From Kondoa subrosea (lineage: Eukaryota), in NCBI GenBank assembly GCA_039545335.1, contig BCIN01000007.1, forward strand, positions 248,001 to 312,000: DNA of 64,000 nt, given 5' to 3'. Positions within the stretch are counted from its first letter, which is position 1; every line of letters begins with the position of its first letter. Under the pieces are notes generated by a model, which did no database searches, had not been told where the DNA came from, and saw only the letters and a program-made list of their open reading frames with translations. Of this stretch, positions 36,280-48,658 are shown one piece after another. A program made the position numbers and the translations under genes.

Positions 36280-36930
36280 CCTCTGCTGCTAGGCGGCTCT
36301 TCTCGGACGAGCCTGTGAGAAGTATAGTGCAAACGTCAGCTTTGACGGGACAAGGACGTTTTGGCAGGCTTACAATCTTTGACAGCTGCAGACAGAGTCA
36401 AAGCTTGAAGCGAAGCAAGCAAATCAATGATGCAGAAGAAGAAAGACGAGAAAAATCTGGACTTTCAGTCAAGGGTGTTTTCATTCGCATTTTAACCAAT
36501 CTTTTCAAAGGCTGGCTTGCCAGTCCAATTTCGATGAAGCACTGCAAATAGTACCTTTGCATTGACCAGTACAACAGATGAGGGTGAAAGCGCGAGAATA
36601 AAACATAAAACAGAGATCAAGAATAGGAGGAACATAACTGAAGCTGTTTGCCTTTCTGACATTTTCGGAAGCGATCATTCAAAAGCTATGCATGTGGCCG
36701 CCTGCCAAGATCTCATTCGAGTCGCGAATGCTTGTTCGAGCACATCAGAACGTTGGGGACTGCTGAAAGCTGAAACAATCCATTGTGGTCACCCATTACT
36801 TGGTTCAAAGCCTTGATGTCGATCTAGTGAATACAACCCATAAATACCGCAGAGGCTATCGATTTGAAGATTAGTTCACCGAAATTTCGCCTTTCGTAAC
36901 GAATAGGTATCTTACAAAGAATGCAGCCAT

Positions 36931-38079
36931 TCATGCTAACGCTAGCCACGAAAGATTGATATTTTTGCGTTCGGCCAGGATCTACTCCAGCAGCAAGTCA
37001 TTCAAGCTGTCTAGTCCAGGGAAAAAATCTGCACATACCTCAAGGGCCAAGATCTCAGCAGGTGAATCACATGTGCTTCTTTCCAGATCGACCCAGAGTA
37101 GTCTTTTACTGTGTTCCAATAATCGATAGATATAGCCTGATGTGATCTTGCATCGCCTGACATCCAGTTGGCGCAACTTGCATGGGAATTGGAGAAAAGA
37201 GGTTGTATTTAGGCATGGGCCGTCGACATAAAGTGTTTTGAGATTGGCAAGGTTGTGCAGCCAAGCTGAGTTTTCGTTCGAGAGCGGATTGGTAAGGGCA
37301 ACACCAATTTGCAAGATATTCAGCGTTCTACAGTTTCTGCTGATACATCCGACAAGCTCGTCGGTGGTTATTGAAGTGAGTTCTTCACAGACCAGCTTTT
37401 CTAATGTTGTATTGGATAGCACCCCGCAAAGGGTCGAATGGCAGATATCGACCGTGAGCAAAGCAAGACAAGTGAGAGGAAGTCCACAAGGTATGTTTGT
37501 GATGCTGGTCCCGACATATTCATATTGAAGAGATACAAGAAGTTCATTTGGTAAAGACATCATGGAGTTCCAGGGTAAGGGGCCAAATGTGTCGGGCATT
37601 CTAGAATGGCCCGATTGTTTGAGATGCCAAAGCTGTGAAAGTTGGCTGAGTGTACTGATCCAGGCTCCGTGTGCAGACTTGAGAAGTGGGCCAATCACAA
37701 TGTGAGAGAGGAGGGGAGTAAATTGCAGCAGCGCAAGTGCGTGTCCTGCTTTCGTTGCCTCTTCTGCAAAGATGCTTGCGGTCCAAATTCGATATTCTCT
37801 TCGTATGAAGAGACGCCTTATCCATTTGCCTCGTTCTGGATTCTGCATAATGTTGTGTAGAATAGTCCATGCTTGACAAGAATCGTTAAGTTGAATCATT
37901 TCATATAGTGGGCGTTGGCTGGCTATCTCCGTAATCGACTTGCACACCAACAGCAAGTCAAATCTTTGCTGCCTTTCAGTTTCCAGCAAAATCCTCTCTT
38001 GCAACTCGATTGGAAGTCCAGTGAAGCGGAAAGCTTGAGGATCCAGCGATTCCAGCCCTTCTACTGCACTCGAGTTCAT
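36931..38079 (-). CDS. F-box / RNI-like leucine-rich-repeat protein
   Basis: FRFTGLPIELQERILL...DLLLVCKSITEIASQRPLY (F-box); LxxLxL repeats (LTCLAL, LEKLVC, LKTLYV, LRQLDV); one 3' intron, ends ILAERKNINLSWLALA*. Confidence 0.85.
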
Positions 38080-38540
38080 TCTTGTAGAGGGAACCCCCAG
38101 AATACTTAATATTGAGCCTTAAAAAAAGCGAGCGATGAGCCAAGAGCGCTCAATGACAGACTGTAGACGGGTACGAGAGATAGTGAGCGAAGAGCTGTGT
38201 GCTTTGTCCCTAGAGTATAGTATCTGTCTTGATGATTGTTTGCAACAACACTCGACCGTCGGTCTTATGTAAGCTGCTTATATCTCAACATCGGCCGCAC
38301 CGGCTGCATAGTCTTTGCATGCCAGAGCTTTATTCAGGCGCAAGAGTACTCATAACCCAATCTGTAATCAAAAGACATTTTTGATTCCCCCTGCGCCCAG
38401 CGCGGATACAGCCAGTCTGTGACCAATACTGCCCAGCGGAGACTGTTCGCAAGACGAGCTTATGCACCTGAGCTCGCGACTGTGCATTCAGCTTGCGGCT
38501 TTTAGACTAAGTTGACCGATGCTGACCTTGCATGGCTACT

Positions 38541-41049
38541 TTAATACATTGTCGCTTGAATGTCCAGCAATACGAGCTCCAAATCTTGCCAGTCTGTTAA
38601 GATGTCAGCATATGCTTCTTCTCGCCCACAGTCCACTCACTAGCTCCAATCTTGCACATCACCTTCCTAATCACTTCTTGACCCTTCTTCCTTTCCACTA
38701 ATTTACACATGACCGGCTTTCCTCCTTTACTTCCAAAAGTATACCTAGCATTTCGATCTTCCGGTTTCTGAGCTTGAGCTGAAAACTTATTCAGTGGTAA
38801 ATCGATTCTCTCCACAGCCACAGCTAAAGGTTGAGCGTTGACAATATCCGCAATTTCTAGATCCAGAATATCGTATTTGTTTGCCTGATAGGCTGTTGGA
38901 AGAACTTGGTTGTCGAGCATGATAGTAGGTGAAAGCATTCCGCTGCGATCGATCACGCTAGGTCGAGGTTTCTTGGAAGCGGAAGAAAGAGTGTTGTATG
39001 ATTGTTTAGGCGTAAGAGAAGGACGAGCCATTGAACTGACACGAGCTGCTTGTGCGCGAAGAGCTGGTTCGGGGGTCAGGATGGAGGATCGCCCGCCCAT
39101 GGATTGACGCGACGGCGTCCGAGCTGTACTTGTTGTCCGAGCAGTTGACGCTCGTCGAGCTGAACTAGTGCTTGGGACAACAATGATTTCCTGATCGCGA
39201 TTCGGGTCGTGTGAAGCTCCGCGATGACGTGGTAGGGTTGCGAGAGTCTTTGAGCTGATCGGAAGACTGCTGCTCAAATATGAATTGGAAGGAGTAGGAG
39301 AAACAGCTCGTTGCATCAAAGGAGGAGTCGTTTCGTTATCCGAATCGTCATTTTGCATCCCAAATGGCGTTGCACTCCTGAATCGCCGTACTCTAGGTGA
39401 CGGAGCTGGTATCTTTGATTCGGGAGAAGAAGGTCTTGGCTTAGATTTAGGCGAAGATTTTATTCGGTCATCATTTGTGGAAGGTGCTCCAAGCGATAGG
39501 CGAGATATGGAACTGAGGCCAGATGGAGATATCGGTCGTTCTGGATTATACGCGGGACGAAGCAGAGGCGAATCAACCAGAGCTGGAGAAAGACTTCGAG
39601 AAGGTGTAGAAAAGGTGTTTGAAGATCTCGGAATGATGCTTTTCTGCTCATCTTCCGCTGCTCGACGAGTTGAAATGTTCCATTTTGGTTTGTTTGGATG
39701 TTGAGAAGTACTGGCGACAGGAGAAGAAACAGATCGTTGAGAGGGTATAGAAGTGAAGATATTGCTATTGCGCGATCCTGGGGTGTTGAAGAAGGATTTG
39801 CTGTCTCTTGGTCGCATACTGTTGTTGCTTCTTTCTGGACTATCGTAAGCTGAAGGAATAGCTGGAACAGGAGGAGCTGCATTTGAAAGGCGATTTGTGA
39901 GTCTGCGAAATGCACTAGGTGAAGATCGGCCCAAAGATGAAAAGGAGAGTGCTTTAGATGCTATAGTGCCTTCTTTTGGCGGCGTAGCTGCTGTAGAGGC
40001 AGGCGAGCCATCGATAGAATGATCTCTGAGTAGCTCTTCCGTCGAATCCATCTCACGCTGTACCCGCTGTATACGGTCTTGCAAGCTCCGATGTCGGTTC
40101 TTCAGGTCAGCATATTTGCGTAGAACCTCTCCATTCTTCGTACTCCGTTCTTGTATGCCTTTACCCAGAATATCAAGCACTCTGGCTGTACTCGGCTCAT
40201 AATACTTCCGCTTCGCATGTAGTGCTGCCAGAGAGGAGTGAGTATTTCTAACGCTCTACGCGATGGGATCTCTCTTACATCTATGCAAGCTAATATAAGT
40301 CTGTAATGTTGCTTGAATACTTTCAGAATCTCGTAGAGCCATATAAGTAGGTTTCGTCTGTGCACCAGAAGAGGAAGATCCAGTTGAAGCAGAGCCGTGC
40401 CTTTCTCTACCAGGTTTAGCTGAATTGTCTGATCGATTCACATCCCAAACGAAGTCGTGACAGGCAGCGAGAATCTTGTCTAGCGAATTCATCATATCGT
40501 CTGCTTGCTGGGCGACCGTCCTGAATACGATCAAGTACTTGTCTAGGTTGGCATCATGAGGAGCTTTAACTACGATTCTCTACTGTTGAAAGTCTTGATT
40601 CACCTTCTTTGAGTTCTTCGTGAAAGTTCTGTTTCGATTGAATCAGCTCCCGTAATTAGAACCAGATCAAGGGAGGAGCTGACATCCGCTTCTGCTTGAG
40701 CTTTGGCTATCTGCTGCCTGATACGATCATGTTTCGAAGCCAGATTCGCCTGATCCTCTGCTGGCAACAGTCCGATCCTAGTCTTTATCGCATCGCTCTC
40801 CCGAGTCACAGTCTCCACTTTGGCGTTCAAACTGCTCAGAGCTTCGTCTATAGGTTTCTGACTTCCTTCACTTGCTGAGATTGAGGCATGGCGAAGCTCT
40901 TGCAACTCATACAGATTAGCTGGTAATTCTCCAACAGTCATTTCAAGCGAAGCAAGATCAGCAGCGAGCGAGAGCATGGACAATTGAGCATCATCTTGCG
41001 TTGAATCATGAGACAAATAGCTTTGAGACAGCACAGCAGCGGATGCCAT
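38541..41049 (-). CDS. KAR9: Kar9-like microtubule-cortex linker with C-terminal GAR/GAS2-like region
   Basis: KYLIVFRTVAQQADDMMNSLDK and KRKYYEPSTARVLDILGKGIQERSTKNGEVL resemble the Kar9 core; Ser/Pro/Arg linker containing SKIP; C-terminus YQANKYDILDLEIADIVN...YTFG...CKLV...KVMCKIGA/NWQDLE. Confidence 0.75.
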
Positions 41050-41311
41050 AGCTGCTCATGAGGGAGGGCAGTCTTATCCAAGCAGCAGTCGGCTCCCGCT
41101 GTAAACAGAACGCCCTTTTGTTCAAGCAGGTGTCTTGTCGCGGTTGATCAACAAGAAGTCGCGCGAAGTACAAGCAGAGCGAATCTCTGAGTCGACTACA
41201 TCTGCTTGTGACTTACTTCCTGTATCACATACTATTGACCAGCAATAAACATAGTTGAATCTGGGTACAACCCATCATCTTTCGCGCGACTCCTTTTCCA
41301 GCTTTACGATT

Positions 41312-44055
41312 TCACCAAGCACCAGCTTCTTCTGTATACAAAAGGCATCAGCTCGCGTCCCTCTATCTCGGTATCTGATGACGCACCTCCTCCATACATC
41401 ATCAATCCGTGACCATCAAACATACCATTCCCTTGATACCCATTCTGAGTCTGGGTCCAACCAGGTAAAAACAATCCTGCGTCAGCTCCGTGACCAGTGT
41501 ACTGTATACCAAAATTCTCTGGTGCCCATAAAGTATTAGTTTGATGCAACCAAGCTGGAATTTCTTGGTTCAAAGGATAACCCATAGGTACGTTTGCTTG
41601 GTAATGAGGGAAATCGAAATCGATTGGAGGAGAATTTTCGGAGAGGACAGAAGCTTGACTGAGTGGTGTGTTGGGTGGGAAAGCTCTTTTGAGGTAGTTG
41701 CTGAATCGGTCAAGAGCGATTCTAGATCAAGTTTTACATTTCAGCTTGATGTTGCTTGGTACGAAGGGGGAAAGAACTCACTTGATAGTCAAAGCGAAAC
41801 CCTTTGCTGCAGAAGAATGATCCAGAACTCTTACCATCTCGCTCACTTGGCTCAACATTTCGTTAACCCAAGCCAGATCGGCGAAGTTGGATGGAATAGC
41901 TTTGAGGAATTGCAAGACGAAGAGACAACAAGTAGCACTACAGTAATCATATCAATTCCTTTTTGCCTAAAGTGTAAGGAAATACACTCACATTTCGACC
42001 AAACTAGGTTGACTAGCAAATGGAATCCTAGCTTGCAATTCTGAAGTTCTCAACAGCACAGCCATACATTCCTGCGCAGCTTTTCCACCTAACCCAGCTA
42101 CAGTTTGAACAAACATAACATCCGGATTAGATCCTGCCAAAGCTCTGGTGTACAAGAGTAATTTAGCGGATTCCAATTGCAATCTTAGGGAAGCTCGATT
42201 GAGTGGTTGTAGAGCTAATTTCGGTGCGTATTCTCCATACCAAGCATCTAATTGACCAATAAGGATATTGACATCGTTTACTTGAACAGGCAAGGTTAAT
42301 CCAGCAATCCGGTTTTGGATAGAAAGAAGTAAAACGTTGGCTACTAATTTCGCATCACTTCTTTGGGATAGAGGATGATTGAGGAAAGAGTTGTACAAAG
42401 GTAGACTTTCGATATCCCCTTCACTATGTAAAGATAAAGGTCTTCCACCAGATAATGAAGTTTGATAATCGAGCCAAACGAGGAATAACCAAACTCGAGC
42501 GCAAACGACAATTTCTCTAGCTTCTTCTGAAGTTGAAGGTGGGAGAGAATGAAGTTTGCCTAGAGCTTTGTGCATTCGAAGCTCAAGAGCCATTCGGAGT
42601 GCTTGACCAGCTACTAAATAGCCTGGATCAGCATAACAAGCTTGAATGGTCATTGCCATGACAGCTTCTTTGCGGACGGTCTGTCAAACCATGTCAATAC
42701 TAACAACCCGCAGAGATGCTCATCCCGATCTGACTGACCAAAGCGTATAAAGTTGATCTACCAATTCCAGCGGCTTCTTCAACGCAAGCTTGAAAGGTCT
42801 TAGCGGAAGGAGGTGGATCTATCTTGAACCGACATGCAATAGCTAGAATACTGTTGATGCAAAATGGTGTTCGAATGCGAAAAGCTTCAAAAGAGTCTGT
42901 AGAGGGGTCGAGAATCTGTCAACACACACATTCTGCCTTATCAGCAATATACTGAAACGGGTTATGTGACACCAACGGGAACGAAGTCATGCTGTTGACG
43001 CATGCTATGCAAAACATTAGTTAAAGCTTCAGCGCAGCACAAGGACCCTCACTAGAAAGAAAAGAGATCCTTCGCTTCTACTTCAGACACCAATTTCTTC
43101 GCAACGACGTCCGCTGCGATCGAAATTCAAGTAAGCCAGAGAACAGCGCAAAGACATTTCAACCGACGAAAAGCGTTGGGAGGAATCTGCCCTTTTCTCC
43201 TTTCCTGCACGGTCGCAACTTGATTAGAAGAAGGAGTAGAAACCAGAGCAGCTGCATCGGCTAAAGCTTCAAAAGGCGCAATCAAATCATCTCCTGGCCC
43301 ATGAGTATTTGATCTTCTGCGTCTTTTAGCTGGAGGATGATCTTCGTTGTCTGACGATGGACCAGATTCGGTGATACCATAGACTCCCATTGGCTGTCAT
43401 TTTCATTCAGATCTGAAGCTACATATAAGCTTACGGATCCAGACGACTGACATGTTTTGGTGCAGCATACTTCGGCAAAGCAGGCCATTTGTGTGTCTTC
43501 ACTCCATTTACGTTGGCTGTAGAAGGAGAAGAACGAGAAAGGATATCCAGAACTTGATCTAATTTCTCGTTCAAACCAGAAACGTTTTCCTCGACCGCTT
43601 TCAATCTTGTTTCTTCTACTACGATAGTTGATGTTCCACCTCCAGTAGCTTGCAAGAACGATTTGAATTGATCTTTACTTGCTACTTCAAAAACGCATTC
43701 GAGCTTGAATCATTCCGTATTATATTAGTCATGCATTCTAAAGAACAAGTTACGAAAGATACGTCTTGTGCAACACAACGAGAACAAGGTGGGTTCTCAC
43801 TACCTTCACAACGAGCTTTAGCTTTCCTGCAGCCTGCATTCCGACATTATAACGTATTGAGACCACGTGGGGTGTTTTACGTAAAGTTCGCTAACCTCTG
43901 CAAGCTCTAGGTCCTCTTTTGATTTTTGAGGAAGAAGAAGTAGAAGAAGTTAACGCTCCATTGATATGCAGAGGAGGCTGCGGAGGTGGAAGGGATGGGT
44001 ATGCAGTATTCTCGGGTAGAGGCAAATGATGTTGTGAGTCAGAATAGAATGCCAT
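41312..44055 (-). CDS. Zn(II)2Cys6 transcription factor with fungal middle-homology domain
   Basis: KRGPRACR/ECRKAKARCE...PCSRC...CVFE zinc cluster split by introns; coiled coil ETRLKAVEENV; RIRTPFCINSILAIA; ARVWLFLVWLDYQTSLSGGRP. Confidence 0.9.
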
Positions 44056-44300
44056 CAAACTTTGAAGGAGGGGTATCAGCAGACCCTAGATATCACACAC
44101 ACAATGCTCAGGGTATGCCCCTCTCTGCCCTTTTGCTCGAGACAATTGGATATCCGCGAATGGTAGAAGTTGGAAGAGGACCTCCAGAAAATTACTCACG
44201 AAGGCTTGTCTTCATACAGTGACTTGCACTCACAACTTACAAAAGCAGCCATCTAGGTCTGATTGCACCGCTCACAACGCTGTTCGAGTCCCAAGAAGTC

Positions 44301-45527
44301 ATGCTTGCACCTGTTCAAATGGCTCAACCTACGCAATTCTCAAGCAAGACCACTACTCACACACAATCACCTACTATCACCTTCACTGCCTTACCACAAC
44401 CAATAACAATAGACGATCCAATTTATGGCAAACAAACCATTGCCGAACCATCTCTTATAGCTTTGATCAACTCGCCCGCTATACAACGATTGAAGCATGT
44501 AACGCAACATGGTATCTCAGCTGTATTGGGGATGACATGTTCCGGTCCACCGGTAACGAGGTACAGTCATTCTGTTGGTGCTATGCTTTGCGTAAGGGTT
44601 TGCGGTCATGGGAGTTTGGAAGCTCAAGCTGCTGCTTTGTTACATGATGTAGCACATACATCACTTTCCCACGTATGTTCTCTTACGCCGATAGTCAACA
44701 GTATCTGATACTTTGAATTGGATAGGTCGCGGATTCAGTATTTGGTTATGTAATTCACGAACAAGACAAGCTGGATTTCCTTTCAAACGTAATCAATTTC
44801 CTGCCTCTCCTTCGTCAACATTTCCCCTTACAAGTCTTACATGAAGAATCTTATCCTTTACTAGAACAAAACCCACCTGCATTATGTGCCGATCGAATGG
44901 ATTACGGTTTACGCGATTCCATTTCATTCTCAATCTTAACTTCTTCTCAAGCTCAAGCAATTCAATCAACTTTCCAAGTTCATCAGGGGAAATTCATTAT
45001 GAATTCTTTGGAGAAAGCTAAAATTTTTAGTCAAGCTTATATGAAATCAGATGCGTTAGCTTGGTCAAATCCAAATCATTCAGTTCTTTATCAATTCGCT
45101 GCTCAAACTATTAAACTCGCTTTGGATAAGAAAATGATTACGAGAAACGATATGTGGAAATTAGGCGACACGGAATTCTGGAATCAGTTTGTCTGTTCAA
45201 CGGATGAGGAAGTCAGGAGATTGGCTAGTAGAGTGAGAAGTGATTTGATAGTGGAAGAAGTGGATGATCAAGTGAAATTGGGAGGAGAATTGGAAAGTCA
45301 AGATGGATTGGTACTGGAGATGAAACATAAAACAAGAACGCTGGACCCAGATGTTATGGTTGATGGGATCGTTAAGCGCTTGACAGAATGGGATGAAGAG
45401 TATAAAAGTCAGAGGGATCAGTATGTTCAGAGCAAAGCTGGAGTCAGAAGGTCAGTATTCATTCATCCTCTTACCGCTTTGACTGATTTGCTGTGACAGA
45501 TACCGAGTTCGTTTACCTGTACAATAG
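44301..45527 (+). CDS. HD-domain metal-dependent phosphohydrolase (SAMHD1/dNTPase-related, bacterial YdhJ-like)
   Basis: DPIYG, SPAIQRLKHVTQHG, TRYSHSVG, ALLHDVAHTSLSH, HE, LCADRMDYGLRD, KTRTLDP; two introns. Confidence 0.88.
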
Positions 45528-45647
45528 AGATTTAGATCAGGGAAAGTGTTATATAGTGGTAGCATCATTTTCGTTTCGTCAGAGCATTGTAATGTATGAA
45601 ATCTAATTGAAAACGAGCATGGTTATATGATTGCTATTACACAAGAT

Positions 45648-46874
45648 CTAATTATGCTTGGAAGGGTGTGAAGGGCCCTGCCCATTGTCAGGCGTAGGAT
45701 GCTCAGGCGCCTTCTCTGTTCCGGGCTTCATGGCAGATTTGGCTGGGGTGGTTGGTCTTGGCTGACGCTCGGTAGAGGAGGACCTTGAGGAGTCAGGAGC
45801 AGAGGGCGCGATGATGTTTGCGGTGTAAGGCCGCACGACGTGCTGTTGGCCTGCTGGTCTCTGCTGTTCTCCACTAGTGCTGGGAGTCCCCGTGTTGTGA
45901 ACAGATGACGGGCGAGAAACAGCTGGACTATTAGGAGCCTGGGGTATATGAAAATTGTTATTCATAGAGGGCGGTTCAACCTGGATATTCGGACGGCTAG
46001 GGTGATTCGGGGTTTGTGGTCGACGCAGATCGTGAGTGTGAGGTGTAGTAGACCCTTGTCCAGTTTGAGATGCACGAGCTGATGGAAGAGAGTCAGGAGG
46101 AGGCACGCGTGTATGACCATATGACGCGTTAGAGCTATCCGAAGCTGACACAACAGATGGTTGCAAGCTCAGGTTCGGTGTATTTACTGTCAGAGAAGCA
46201 GGATCAACGACATGGTGCGCTTGGATGGTGACAGGCGCCTTTGATGAGACTGGAGATCTAGGCTGAGACGCGGCAGGGGTGCGACGCTTAGGTGGATCGA
46301 CCGTTTGTGGCCGCCTAGAAGATGGGCCTGGCACATGCAAAGGTACAGCCCTGTTTGGCCTGTTCGTAGCATTTGGGACAGGAGAGCGTGAATGGGTCGC
46401 ACGCGCAGTAGACCGGGGCTGGGTAGATGTAGGCCAATTGACTATAGTGGGCTGCTGAGATTGCGAAATACTCGATTCCGTCAGAGTATGGCGACGCCTT
46501 GGTGGTCTGGAAGGTTGAACAGATCGATCCTCATCGGCGAGCGTAGGATTCGGCTCTCGATCCTTGGCAGACCGAAACAATTCTAGGGAAGGGAAGTATT
46601 TGAACTTTTGCTTGGCCAGAGGCTGATTATAACGAGTGATGTCTCGTGACTTTCTTTCATCTGTCGTTACTGAGCGGCGTAGGCTCCAACCCGCGCGTTG
46701 CACAGGTGCCCTCGGCTCATCTGTACATCTGTTCAGTGCAAGACGGCGTATAGAAGATGCGCTAGAGTATACCTGGACTGTGCTATGTCATAGCGAGGAG
46801 AAGATGAGCATCATACGGATCAGAATGAATCGGCAACATACAGTTCTTAACCCCAAACGGACTGTGGAAGTCAT
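45648..46874 (-). CDS. Pro/Ser/Arg-rich intrinsically disordered hypothetical protein
   Basis: Stop-free exon of ~351 codons; two short upstream exons (MTSTVRLGLRT / HSP) can be spliced in frame through GT-AG introns. Confidence 0.55.
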
Positions 46875-47567
46875 TGGTTTAGATGAAGAGGAGTTAAAGA
46901 TGGTTTTAGAATGTAATCGGGATTACAAGATGGATGTTATGGTATGAAAGAAGAGGTAATTAGGAGAGGTTCTCGAGTTTTGATCTTGGCTAGAACAAAG
47001 GGATTCGCTCGATGTCGAGAGGAATAGAACGAGTCAGCCATTGCATTAACTGAAGAAGGGAGTACATGTCTATCGAGGATGACTTGTAACTGACATCAAG
47101 TCAAATTGAGAGGATACGACAAGGCCAAAGGCAGTGTAGAGGCTTTTTGTTATAGCTGTGCACGCCTTAGTATGGTAGCAATCCGAGAGCAGCTACGAAA
47201 AGAAGGTATAAGTAGCAGCTTGAAAAGATAATGCTGGAGCGCTGGATTCGAAGGTTACTTCGCCCTGGGCTGTGTTCTCGTCTCTCTGATTTACAAAGAT
47301 AATCCAAAGAAAGCCTCGGATGACTACAAGAATTGCTGATAGACTGGGACAGCTTCCGGCGGACATGAAAGAGATATCAAGAGCTTTGCGGGAATCTGTT
47401 GGCGATTCAACACATCTGAGCTGAGCTGAGCAAGCAAAATCCAGCAAGAGTAATAACGGCTTTGTTCAAGCAGGGCTAGCAAGCGTAGCTCGAAAAGATC
47501 ATGGCTTCAGAGCAACCCTTCATTTGCGCAAAATAGAGCTTGTCGTCAAACCGCTCGCTTCCGGCCA

Positions 47568-48539
47568 ATGGCAGACGTATCGTAAGCTTGCTTTCTTCCC
47601 TGTTATCCTTTCTGACTGCAATCGTACAGAGATCCGGCGTAAGTTGTTGATCCACGGATTCCGCTCAAGGCTCTCAACTCTAATTGGACCTGGCTGGACA
47701 GGATAAGCGCTGCCTATGATGATGTGAGGGACGACAAGGTATGTTCTTGTCATCTGCATGTCCGTGAACGATTGCTGATTAATCCGAACAGAGCAACACC
47801 AAATGGGTCATGCTCAGCTTCAAGGCAATCTCTTCGTCACCTATCTAATGTACTATAATCGGCTGATACAGAAATTAGGACGAGAAGAGCAATGTACTTC
47901 AGGTGGAAGCTACAGGCGAAGGACAGCTAGAAGAGGTACGCTGCCATGTATGATTTCACCATCGTGTGATTTAATTGACGGTGATGTGTACAGATTCAAG
48001 GTCTCTTGAATGATGAGAAAGCTAGTTTCATCTATGCGAGGATAGTAGGTCGTTATTCCTCATGCCGAAAGATCTAGCTAAAGTTGCATCAAGTCATACG
48101 CCAATGATGTGGAATCGAAGCGAGAGAAGTTTGCATTAATCACTTGGATAGGAGAGGTTAGCTGCTGTAACGCTTGCTCAGCAGCATGATTGATGGTTGT
48201 GTCGCGCTTGACAGAATGTCAAGGTTTGTTCTGACCGAACCCGTATAAAGCGTCGCTAAGGACAAATGACAGGTCATGAGGAAAGCTCGACTATCGGTGC
48301 AAAAAGCGGATGTGCAGAAAGTGCTGCGAGCGTACAGCATAGAGGTTTGTTTGGTCTCTGCTTGTCATTCTGTGTGAAATTCTTAGGTCTTTGCTTTCTC
48401 AGGTCCCTGCTTCATCAAAGGAAGACTTGGACGAAAAGACTATTGTCACTAAATTGCGCAAAGCAGGAGGAGCTTCGGTCAGTGCTTTGTACTTCTGTGC
48501 TTTCTCGACTAATGATGGACGCAGTATGACCGAACGTAA
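47568..48539 (+). CDS. Coactosin-like ADF-H (cofilin/tropomyosin-type) actin-binding protein
   Basis: Spliced MADVSDPAISAAYDDVRDDKSNTKWVMLSFKDEKSNVLQVEATGEGQLEEIQGLLNDEKASFIYARISYANDVESKREKFALITWIGENVKVMRKARLSVQKADVQKVLRAYSIEVPASSKEDLDEKTIVTKLRKAGGASYDRT*. Missed by the ORF track because it has 10 introns. Confidence 0.93.
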
Positions 48540-48658
48540 TGTAAAAGTCTGAGCTGATAGTTTCGTGACTCCGGCGCATACTTGCATAGCATTTACGCGC
48601 CTTCTCTGACCATTTGACTGTATTACATAATATTCGCTTTCCTCGACGTAAAACCACC

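Noticed and set aside
15096..45527. Possible functional cluster linking cyanamide hydratase, the Zn2Cys6 factor and the second HD protein
   Set aside because: They are over 25 kb apart with unrelated housekeeping genes between them, and the two HD proteins belong to different families.
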